Source: a virus
Reading direction: 5' to 3' (one strand)
DNA: 5,853 bases
Virus record (IMG/VR): IMGVR_UViG_3300045988_000869
A program made the translations under genes and the position numbers. This document shows positions 1-5,224 of this stretch, one piece after another. The notes under the pieces were generated by a model, which was not told the DNA's origin, did no database searches, and saw only the letters and a list, made by a program, of their open reading frames with translations. Each line of letters opens with the position of its first letter. Positions within the stretch are counted from its first letter, which is position 1.

Positions 1-99
1 AGAGTAGTTCACCTCTTTCATAATGTTATTTTGTAAAAATGGAATTTGTTAAATGTACTTCTGTGCTGCTTGACTGCCTTTAGTATATAAAAAAAAAAG
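1..99. repeat. Terminal redundancy, copy A (identical to 5755-5853); overlap of a circular assembly
   Basis: Base-by-base comparison shows 1-99 (agagtagttcacc...tatataaaaaaaaaag) is identical to 5755-5853. Flanking bases differ (5751-5754 agtc; 100-105 agactc). This implies a circle of 5,754 nt. Confidence 0.95.
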
Positions 100-110
100 A
101 GACTCGTCAA
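82..110 (-). promoter_or_regulatory. Sigma70-like promoter P1, candidate promoter of the long structural/replication operon; transcription would run across the circular junction
   Basis: The - strand reads TTGACG (110..105), a 17-nt spacer (AGTCTC + T10 + A), then TATACT (87..82). The -35 overlaps the TGA stop (109..107) of the 65-aa ORF. An AAAGGCAG box (81..74) follows the -10 and also occurs downstream of P2 (321..314). Confidence 0.5.
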
Positions 111-304
111 GCCTCTTTTGTGCATTTTTCCCAATCGAATTGTTTTGTATCTCCGTTCTTAAGGTTTGTCCTTTCAAGCTCCGTGTAACATTTTCCTTCT
201 GTGTCGATGTAGTCTTTCAGTTCGTAGTAGTATTTGCCGGATTCTGCGTGTCCGTAAATTTCGAGTTTCCCTATGGTGCTTTTGCTCAATCGTGGCTTTC
301 TCAT
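107..304 (-). CDS. Hypothetical 65-aa protein (orphan) with its own promoter. The track ORF 107..343 is trimmed to ATG 304..302
   Basis: Open frame MRKPRLSKSTIGKLEIYGHAESGKYYYELKDYIDTEGKCYTELERTNLKNGDTKQFDWEKCTKEA. The track start at 343 is a GTG lying inside the P2 spacer/-10, so it would not be on the transcript. ATG 304 sits about 20 nt downstream of the predicted start site, with a weak AGG/AAGG purine patch 8-12 nt upstream. Composition is not low-complexity. I recognise no family. Confidence 0.55.
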   Translation of the reverse strand: MRKPRLSKSTIGKLEIYGHAESGKYYYELKDYIDTEGKCYTELERTNLKNGDTKQFDWEKCTKEA

Positions 305-331
305 TTTTGTTACCTGCCTTTCTTTGATTAT

Positions 332-359
332 ATTATACCACACTTTTTGTATTTGTCAA
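332..359 (-). promoter_or_regulatory. Near-consensus sigma70 promoter P2 with extended -10
   Basis: The - strand reads TTGACA (359..354), a 16-nt spacer ending in TGG (340..338, the TGn extended -10), then TATAAT (337..332). Both hexamers match consensus perfectly. It lies directly upstream of the 65-aa ORF. Confidence 0.6.
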
Positions 360-385
360 TAGTTTTTTGCAATTTAATCTAGAAT

Positions 386-441
386 GTCATGCGCTAGGCG
401 CGGTGCGCCGTACGAAGAGCATGACGTGACTTTCCGGCCGG
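386..441. other. GC-rich structured island inside AT-rich non-coding DNA (nested hairpins plus CCGGCCGG palindrome)
   Basis: GTCATGC (386-392) pairs with GCATGAC (419-425). Nested inside, GGCGC (397-401) pairs with GCGCC (405-409) across a 3-nt loop. An 8-bp palindrome CCGGCCGG lies at 434-441. Confidence 0.5.
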
Positions 442-468
442 CTGCCGAATTTTCACTCTAATTACATT

Positions 469-642
469 TTCAACACTTTCAACACTTTCAACAGGTTTTC
501 AACAAAAAGTTGCACAAAAGGATTTGTGCATATTGCTACACTTTCAACATTTCAACAAGTTATCTACAAAAGTATCAACATTAAAATTAGCCAAAAAATA
601 TCGTTCCAAGGATAAAAATTCATAGTATTCAACATTTCAACA
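469..642. repeat. Iteron-like array of TTCAACA (TGTTGAA on the coding strand)
   Basis: There are eight perfect copies, at 469-475, 478-484, 487-493, 498-504, 543-549, 551-557, 628-634 and 636-642, plus the variant ATCAACA at 574-580. The first three are tandem with 9-nt spacing. The 15-mer TTCAACATTTCAACA occurs twice (543-557 and 628-642), 85 nt apart. Confidence 0.85.
511..530. promoter_or_regulatory. Perfect 20-bp palindrome or hairpin, operator-like
   Basis: TGCACAAA (511-518), AGGA loop, TTTGTGCA (523-530): 8-bp arms with a 4-nt spacer. It sits between two clusters of the TTCAACA array. Confidence 0.5.
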
Positions 643-647
643 CTCCC

Positions 648-690
648 TACTACTACGACTACAACAAGTAAATAATAAAATAATAATAAT
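648..690. repeat. Low-complexity trinucleotide-like tract
   Basis: TAC TAC TAC GAC TAC AAC AAG (648-668) is followed by TAA/AAT-type repeats taaataataaaataataataat (669-690). Confidence 0.6.
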
Positions 691-692
691 AT

Positions 693-733
693 CATGCGCG
701 TGTGTGCGCGATTACGTGCGCGCGCGTGCATGC
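693..733. repeat. Two alternating pyrimidine-purine (CG/TG) tracts, Z-DNA-prone or self-complementary
   Basis: CATGCGCGTGTGTGCGCG (693-710) is 18 nt of strict Y-R alternation. After ATT, ACGTGCGCGCGCGTGCATGC (714-733) is 20 nt of strict R-Y alternation. Many CGCG/GCGC self-complementary registers are possible. Confidence 0.7.
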
Positions 734-743
734 TGATAAAACT

Positions 744-792
744 AAAAAACACTCAGCCAAGTATCTATACTTGATAGTTACTTGGCTGAGTG
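744..792 (-). terminator. Rho-independent terminator ending the long operon, 9 nt after the VP4 stop
   Basis: The - strand reads CACTCAGCCAAGTA (792..779), a 15-nt loop that can add a 4-bp CTAT/ATAG inner stem, TACTTGGCTGAGTG (763..750), then TTTTTT (749..744). The stem is a perfect 14 bp. Confidence 0.8.
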
Positions 793-801
793 ACACCAGG
801 G

Positions 802-1821
802 CTAAAAAACGCCCTTTGCTTTGGACATCTTCTTCTTCATGATTGCTTCTTTGTCTGCCAGTTGTTCGGCATACTGTTTGTCAGTTTCCATGTTTCTTTC
901 GATTAGGGATGCAATGGCTTTTTCTTGTCGATACTGCTTGATTCTCCACGCCTTTTCAGGATTTTCAGTTTCCAGTTTTCTCCAATAATATTCTGGAATG
1001 GCTGCTCTCTTGCCGTTTGTCAGCTGGATGTATCCAAGTTGCCATAGCCTTTCTTGATTCTCTTGAAACCATTTGTCTCCGAGTCCTGGCTTTCGGCTCA
1101 TCACGCAGAATGGCGGTATGAGTCCCATTTTTTTGTACTTGTTTTTGTCGTTTCCGTACAGCTTCTTGGTCACATACCCAGCTACGTAGTTGTACGTTTC
1201 CGGCGTTGCTTGAGCTATATCAATTGTGCCTTGTCCCCAGATTTTGACTAGTTTGTCGCTCGTGTAGTGTCCAAATCTTGATAGTCTGTGAATCGGCTTT
1301 AAGTCGTCTGGATTCCACCCGTACAGTATCATGTGATAATGTGGTCTCGAGGTGTTGTCTCCATACTCTCCGGCTAGGAAGTACCTGAGAGGCTCTTTGA
1401 CGGCCTTTCTGAGTCTTTTCATGAATAACTGGATATCTTCCACGTTTAAGGTTTGCACCGTTCTGGGACGCTCTGAGGCGTCTCTCCATACGTTTATGCC
1501 CCCTTTGAAGATCTCTCCCGTTTCCGTGTCCTGTGTTGGTACATGGTCGTCATCATAGGTTAATGTGATAAACCAGATGCTTTCTTTGTTGTGGCTGTAT
1601 GCTTCCAGCTCCATTCGTGTGCTCCAGTCTTTGCGCTTGCGTAGCTTGCATCCTGTGCATTGTCCACACGGTATTATCATCACATCTTTGCGATACATTA
1701 GGTCTTCATATCTCATTTCGGTCTTATGAACTTTGTTAAAAGAAGCGAGTGAGTACACTCGCCCACTCGCTTCTCTATCATGAGGTACATAAAACCGGAT
1801 TAACGGTTTGTTGCATCCCAT
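802..1821 (-). CDS. VP4: VP4 replication initiation protein (HUH rolling-circle endonuclease, phiX174 protein A-like)
   Basis: 339-aa ORF with ATG at 1821..1819. Visible hallmarks are the N-terminal Cys cluster IPCGQCTGCKLRKRKDW, RCR motif 1 WFITLTY, HUH motif 2 RPHYHMILYG, and motif 3 with paired tyrosines YNYVAGYVTKK (two-tyrosine active site as in phiX174 protein A). The start abuts the VP2 stop (TAAATG). Confidence 0.95.
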   Translation of the reverse strand: MGCNKPLIRFYVPHDREASGRVYSLASFNKVHKTEMRYEDLMYRKDVMIIPCGQCTGCKLRKRKDWSTRMELEAYSHNKESIWFITLTYDDDHVPTQDTETGEIFKGGINVWRDASERPRTVQTLNVEDIQLFMKRLRKAVKEPLRYFLAGEYGDNTSRPHYHMILYGWNPDDLKPIHRLSRFGHYTSDKLVKIWGQGTIDIAQATPETYNYVAGYVTKKLYGNDKNKYKKMGLIPPFCVMSRKPGLGDKWFQENQERLWQLGYIQLTNGKRAAIPEYYWRKLETENPEKAWRIKQYRQEKAIASLIERNMETDKQYAEQLADKEAIMKKKMSKAKGVF

Positions 1822-2670
1822 TTATTTAAGTTTTCCTTTCCAAAATTCGATGTTTTTGCTTCCAATGAAGTCTCTTCCCGGTTTGTATTCGAGCTCATCT
1901 TTCTTTGGTTTTCTCCCTGCACCGCCGCCGACGCCACCGTTTAGGTTGCTGAGGTCGTTGAAGACGTCCTTGAATGCGTTAAACGCTTTGTCCGCGCTTG
2001 TGTGCGACCAGCTTGTAGCGTCTCCAACTGCTTGTGCTGCGTTGTACCAGTTGCTTTCGCTTTTGCTCCATGTGTTGTTGTGGTTTTGGCTTACTCCAAG
2101 AGCGCTTGCGCTTGCTGCACTGCTGCTTGCGAGGCCCATGCTTGCGCCGCTGATGGTGCCCTGTGCACCTCCCGGAGTGCTTGCTCCGCCCTGTTGGTAT
2201 GCTAAGATAGGGTTGATGCCAGCTTTTCGCATATCTTCCACGGCTCGCTGATAAGCTGTATTGCTCATTTGCTCTTGCCAAGCTCTGTTTTTGGCTGCTT
2301 CTGCGCTGTTGTAGGACATCGCTGCGTTGTTGCTTATTTGGTTATATACACCCTGAGTGATTGCCGCCATGGTGTTATAGCCCATTTGCTCAAACATGCT
2401 TCGACGGTTGAACTTCTGTTGGCTTTGCATATTACTTTGGATTGCCCCCAGCATACTGCTCCAGTCTTGCAGATTTTGCTCTCGGTTTACGCCGCTGGCG
2501 GAGCTGCTGTATCCGCCGCCTTGGCTTGAGCTTTCGTTGTGCTGTGTGCTTCCCCCATTGCTTTCCATTAGGTTTCCGCCTAGGAACTTGTTTATGAGTC
2601 CTCCGGCGATTGTTGGGAGTAGTTGTTTGCCGATTCCGAGTAGTGCGCTGCCGATTGCTGCTAACGCCAT
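1822..2670 (-). CDS. VP2: VP2 minor capsid / DNA pilot protein
   Basis: 282-aa ORF with a hydrophobic N-terminus MALAAIGSALLGIGKQLL and a Gly/Ser/Asn/Gln-rich low-complexity middle. I recognise the block NRAWQEQMSNTAYQRAVEDMRKAGINPILAY as the conserved core of gokushovirus VP2. It lies immediately downstream of VP1. No Shine-Dalgarno is visible upstream; the ATG follows the 2679-2701 hairpin by 8 nt. Confidence 0.85.
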   Translation of the reverse strand: MALAAIGSALLGIGKQLLPTIAGGLINKFLGGNLMESNGGSTQHNESSSQGGGYSSSASGVNREQNLQDWSSMLGAIQSNMQSQQKFNRRSMFEQMGYNTMAAITQGVYNQISNNAAMSYNSAEAAKNRAWQEQMSNTAYQRAVEDMRKAGINPILAYQQGGASTPGGAQGTISGASMGLASSSAASASALGVSQNHNNTWSKSESNWYNAAQAVGDATSWSHTSADKAFNAFKDVFNDLSNLNGGVGGGAGRKPKKDELEYKPGRDFIGSKNIEFWKGKLK

Positions 2671-2678
2671 AATAAAAT

Positions 2679-2701
2679 AGCCCGGGGTTTTGCCCCGGGC
2701 T
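2679..2701 (-). terminator. GC-rich hairpin followed by ATTTTATT; candidate partial terminator/attenuator between VP1 and VP2
   Basis: AGCCCGGGG (2679-2687), 5-nt loop, CCCCGGGCT (2693-2701): a perfect 9-bp stem. On the - strand it is followed by ATTTTATT and then the VP2 ATG. The U-tract is short and interrupted, so a structural or origin role is equally possible. Confidence 0.4.
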
Positions 2702-2711
2702 TCCCCCTTTC

Positions 2712-2747
2712 GTCAGCTGAGGCCTCAGCTGACACTCTCAGCTGAGG
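2712..2747. repeat. Triple palindromic repeat TCAGCTGA(G) forming mutually exclusive hairpins
   Basis: A 22-nt perfect palindrome GTCAGCTGAGG|CCTCAGCTGAC spans 2712-2733. A third copy, CTCAGCTGAGG, lies at 2737-2747. TCAGCTGA starts at 2713, 2725 and 2738. The arm at 2723-2732 can pair either with 2713-2722 or with 2738-2747 (10 bp, loop CACTC). Confidence 0.8.
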
Positions 2748-2811
2748 ATCTTTATTTTTGTCGTTGTTACGTTATATTATTGCTATTCTAGGTTAACAAT
2801 AACGAAAAACT

Positions 2812-4524
2812 TTAGTGATGATCTACGAGACCCGGAATGCTGTACATGGGCATAGGTCTCACAGATGTATTGTCTATGACGGTATCCATGATAAACTGCG
2901 GCTCGTTGTCCATGGCCAGAGTTCTCTGAATCTCGGAATCTCCTTCCTTCATCCATGCCTGGCTCAGGTTCGGAACCTCTTTGTAGTTGTCGCCGTAGTG
3001 CCAGCTGTCCAACGTCCCCGTTGCGTTCGACCTGAACTTGCCGCTGATGCGGTTTGGTTTCATTCGGTACTCTGCCCATGCTTCCTGATAGCCGAAAGCC
3101 TGTTCATCAGTGCTTGTGCCAGTGAGATACAGCTCCTTTTTAAGGATGGCCTGCTCGCCCAGATTCGCGAACACCGGATAGTAAAAGTCCAGATTAGTTT
3201 TACGACTCCACATGCGCTCCAAGCCCTGCTGGTAGGTATGGTCGTGTCGGATGCAGCATACACCGATAACATAGCCGTGCTCTTCAAAGCTCTTCGTGAA
3301 CATACTGCCGTTGTACGGTGTAACACTGATTGCTGCCGCGTTGCCCTGAGGACTTTCTTGCGTCGTTCCGCTGGTTTGGATGACTTGACTCATGTTGATA
3401 GTGATGCGCGTGCCACCCAGATACTCAGGAATTTGTACCGTCTTATCGCTGATTTTCGTATGGAACAGCGAGTAAACCATCTCGCGGTAACGACTGCCGC
3501 CTCGTGCCAGCTGTTCGTAATATTTTTGCACCTGAAATGCCTGTCGCAGCTGATTGATGGTTGCGGCTGTTACATTTGATAAGTCAGCTCCCAAGGTTAC
3601 GCCTGTATACGTTTGGCTTGTTTCGATTCCGATCGCAAGGCCTTTGTCTCTTACAGGGCCCGAGCCTATGTCCCATGTGTTTGCGTTGAATGTGCTTCCA
3701 TTTGTTGTTATTCCTGCCTCTGCCAGAATTTCTTTCATTTTTTGGCTGTTAATGGTTACGTTTCCGCTACTGGTGTTGTACATTCCTAGAGGTGCGCTTC
3801 CAGTTATTGGCAATTTGACCGCTGGTCCCTTCTGCGGACTCGGCAATGCGCTGGTAAAGTAGTCGTGGTATTTGTTTACAGGTAGAGGTCTGCCGCCGGT
3901 GTGTGCTTGGTTGAGAATGTATTGGAGGTCGGGCGTTTTTCCGTCCATTCCTTTTTCTTCATTGTCTGTGTAGTTTATTAATCCGTCTCCTTTGTAGTTG
4001 ATAGCCGGATTGTCTATGTTTTGATCTCGGAACCACTCCTGCCAAATCATGGCGTATGCCCGGAACGGCAGTGCGTTAATGCTGAATTCCGTATCTGGTC
4101 CCTTGCTCACCTTGGTAGGAATGCCCATGTAATCCATGATGCTTCCTTCGTACGGTGCTGGTTTGTCGGCTGTGCCGGTGATTTTGATTTGCGGAATGGT
4201 GTATTCTTGAGTCTGTACCCATGGCCCTTTATCGTTTTCGCCCATGAAGCGTTTGAAGTTGTCCCAGATGATACGATTAGGCGTGTAGAAATAGTAAATA
4301 TCCATATGACAGTTGTCCATAACCGGGAAGATAGGCGTAGTCATACGGATAATTGCGGCCTGGTCGATGCTGAAGGTATCACCCGGGAGCACTTCGTCCA
4401 CGTAGAACGGAATGAGCTGGCCTGCGTTCATTGTCAGCTTGACATCTTGCCGCCGTTTGAAGCGACTTCGCGTAATGTCCAGTCGCGGAACTTGGTTAAA
4501 CCCTGCGTCTTTGTTCCTGTTCAT
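2812..4524 (-). CDS. VP1: VP1 major capsid protein (Microviridae F-type jelly roll)
   Basis: 570-aa ORF with AGGAGG (4540..4535) 10 nt upstream of the ATG. Conserved microvirus blocks are visible: RSRFKRRQDVKLTMNAGQLIPFYVDEVLPGDTF, DYFTSALPSPQKG and ATINQLRQAFQVQKYYEQLARGGSRYRE. The start overlaps the VP3 stop as ATGA. Confidence 0.95.
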   Translation of the reverse strand: MNRNKDAGFNQVPRLDITRSRFKRRQDVKLTMNAGQLIPFYVDEVLPGDTFSIDQAAIIRMTTPIFPVMDNCHMDIYYFYTPNRIIWDNFKRFMGENDKGPWVQTQEYTIPQIKITGTADKPAPYEGSIMDYMGIPTKVSKGPDTEFSINALPFRAYAMIWQEWFRDQNIDNPAINYKGDGLINYTDNEEKGMDGKTPDLQYILNQAHTGGRPLPVNKYHDYFTSALPSPQKGPAVKLPITGSAPLGMYNTSSGNVTINSQKMKEILAEAGITTNGSTFNANTWDIGSGPVRDKGLAIGIETSQTYTGVTLGADLSNVTAATINQLRQAFQVQKYYEQLARGGSRYREMVYSLFHTKISDKTVQIPEYLGGTRITINMSQVIQTSGTTQESPQGNAAAISVTPYNGSMFTKSFEEHGYVIGVCCIRHDHTYQQGLERMWSRKTNLDFYYPVFANLGEQAILKKELYLTGTSTDEQAFGYQEAWAEYRMKPNRISGKFRSNATGTLDSWHYGDNYKEVPNLSQAWMKEGDSEIQRTLAMDNEPQFIMDTVIDNTSVRPMPMYSIPGLVDHH

Positions 4525-5000
4525 TCAGTGGTTTCCTCCTCTTTAGGCTTTTCAGGCTCTTTCTCCTGATAGATTCCCAGATTTTTTGCCCAGTCAACAG
4601 TGCCGAAGCTTGCGACAAACTTGTCAACGTCATTGTCAAACTTGAGCTTGATTTCTTTCGGGATTTCATCCCAGATTTGTTCTGCTCGGAGCATGATGTT
4701 CTGAAGCTCCATCAGATTCTCCGGCATCTCGGTTGCGTCCTGAAGCCCACCGCCCATATCCGGCATCAGTCTAGCTGCAAGGTCAGGGTCGATGGATGCT
4801 CGGCGGATGATGTTCTCTAATTTGGTTTCTTCTAGATAGCTGTCAATTTCTGCTTGCTGGTCGATGATCTGATCAAGGGTTAGTACCTTTTCGCCCTTCT
4901 CGTTGAGCTCCCAGAGGTATGTTCGCCTGATGCTCTCTCCGGCCTCGGTAGGTTTTGCAGTTGCGGTTTCTCTGAAATTACTTACTGAGCGATACGCCAT
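4521..5000 (-). CDS. VP3: VP3 internal scaffolding protein (Chlamydia-phage-type scaffold). The track ORF is trimmed to ATG 5000..4998 (159 aa)
   Basis: The track start at 5048 is a TTG with no RBS. ATG 5000 has AAGGAG (5016..5011) 10 nt upstream. The protein is acidic, and the C-terminal half MPENLMELQNIMLRAEQIWDEIPKEIKLKFDNDVDKFVASF matches the pattern I associate with gokushovirus VP3 (F..LP..I+..F.ND...F). It is coupled to VP1 by an ATGA overlap. Confidence 0.8.
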   Translation of the reverse strand: MAYRSVSNFRETATAKPTEAGESIRRTYLWELNEKGEKVLTLDQIIDQQAEIDSYLEETKLENIIRRASIDPDLAARLMPDMGGGLQDATEMPENLMELQNIMLRAEQIWDEIPKEIKLKFDNDVDKFVASFGTVDWAKNLGIYQEKEPEKPKEEETTE

Positions 5001-5214
5001 CGAAGATGTTCTCCTTTTCGTTCTCAAACAGGCCCGTTTTTTCGTCAAACTTTGCCAGGCGTACTAACCGATAGTCGCTGGCCGCTTTGCTCATGATGTT
5101 GTTTTCGTCGGTGAGCGCGATTTTGAAGTTGCGTTCTGCAACCTTGTCGTCACGCTCGTTGAAGGTCGTAATGTAGCCGTTGACACAGCGGTCATAGATT
5201 CCGTATACGTTCAT
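4978..5214 (-). CDS. Small non-structural protein resembling the gokushovirus ORF5/VP5 family
   Basis: 78-aa ORF with ATG at 5214..5212 and AAGGAG (5226..5221) 6 nt upstream. The pattern MNVYGIYD...AERNF...DYRLVRLAKFDEKTGLF resembles the (I/V)(F/Y)D ... A.R.F ... D(F/Y).L..LG.FD..TG signature I recall from small conserved gokushovirus proteins. The family assignment is from memory, not a search. Confidence 0.6.
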   Translation of the reverse strand: MNVYGIYDRCVNGYITTFNERDDKVAERNFKIALTDENNIMSKAASDYRLVRLAKFDEKTGLFENEKENIFDGVSLSK

Positions 5215-5224
5215 GTTATTCTCC

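Noticed and set aside
44-54. ATTTGTTAAAT matches 9 of 11 positions of the E. coli dif XerD-binding arm (TTATGTTAAAT). This hints at XerCD-mediated integration, as described for enterobacterial gokushovirus prophages.
   Set aside because: The adjacent bases match the XerC arm poorly (about 3 of 11). By my rough estimate a 9/11 match is expected about once by chance in this window, and more often in AT-rich DNA. There is no supporting second site.
1-99. Terminal direct repeats as biological ends (a DTR of a linear phage, or LTR/IS ends of a mobile element).
   Set aside because: Microviridae genomes are circular ssDNA. The repeat is exact and direct, and it cuts through an intergenic promoter region. 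This is the standard signature of a circular contig assembled past its start. No transposase or inverted-repeat termini are present.
89-120. A weak hairpin (AAAGAG / CTCTTT, 11-nt loop) followed by T10 on the - strand after the 65-aa ORF, read as an intrinsic terminator.
   Set aside because: The stem is only 6 bp and AT-rich with a large loop. The same bases are better explained as the -35 and spacer of promoter P1. At most it is a leaky terminator.
469-642. The possibility that the short repeat array is a CRISPR array.
   Set aside because: The repeat unit is only 7 nt. Spacing is 8-11 nt or irregular, not 25-40-nt repeats with unique spacers. No cas genes are present.
564-752. A 62-aa - strand ORF in the non-coding region with two very hydrophobic stretches (LLLFYYLLVVVVVVG, IFWLILMLILL), superficially holin-like.
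   Set aside because: It starts with a GTG inside the terminator stem and T-tract. The internal ATGs have no RBS. Its hydrophobic runs are direct translations of TTA/GTA trinucleotide repeats and of the TGTTGAA array. It most likely reflects low-complexity DNA rather than a gene, and would only be worth revisiting if conserved in relatives.
769-776. ACTTGATA in the terminator loop matches 8 nt of the phiX174 origin core (CAACTTGATATTAATAAC).
   Set aside because: It is on the + strand of the window, which is the non-coding and presumably non-packaged strand, whereas protein A-type Reps nick the viral (coding-sense) strand. An 8-mer match somewhere in about 11.5 kb of two-strand sequence is not improbable by chance.
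1217-1223. On the - strand, TTGATAT inside the VP4 gene (context CACAATTGATATAGCTCAAG) resembles the phiX174 nick-site core TTGATAT. Like the phiX origin, it lies within the Rep gene.
   Set aside because: Only a 7-mer is shared, and about one chance occurrence is expected in this window. The flanking bases diverge. It is kept only as a site to include in a VP4 nicking assay.
1220-1489. An 89-aa Arg/Lys-rich ORF in an alternative frame inside VP4 on the same strand. Similar cases are 1979-2281 inside VP2 (100 aa) and 2783-3079 and 3060-3326 inside VP1.
   Set aside because: Overprinted genes do exist in Microviridae (phiX174 B, K, E). These ORFs, however, have no RBS, and their highly basic, low-complexity composition is typical of off-frame translation. 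They show no transmembrane or other recognisable feature. Without comparative evidence they cannot be supported.
2815-3579. A 254-aa ORF on the + strand, and all other + strand ORFs in the track (140-382, 1054-1251, 1352-1558, 1808-2251, 2002-2205, 2269-2529, 2396-2680, 3554-3862, 4021-4569, 5213-5395, 5408-5740).
   Set aside because: All are antisense to well-supported - strand genes. They lack RBS motifs, several use non-ATG starts, and their products are Cys/Val/Leu/Phe-rich, which is typical of the reverse complement of real genes. Microviruses transcribe a single strand.
5001-5048. Longer N-terminal extensions given by the ORF track for VP3 (to 5048), the J-like protein (to 5511) and the 65-aa ORF (to 343).
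   Set aside because: Each extended start is a non-ATG codon (TTG, TTG, GTG) without an RBS. Each lies inside the upstream gene or inside a promoter. The internal ATGs have purine-rich RBS patches and give products of the size expected for the family.
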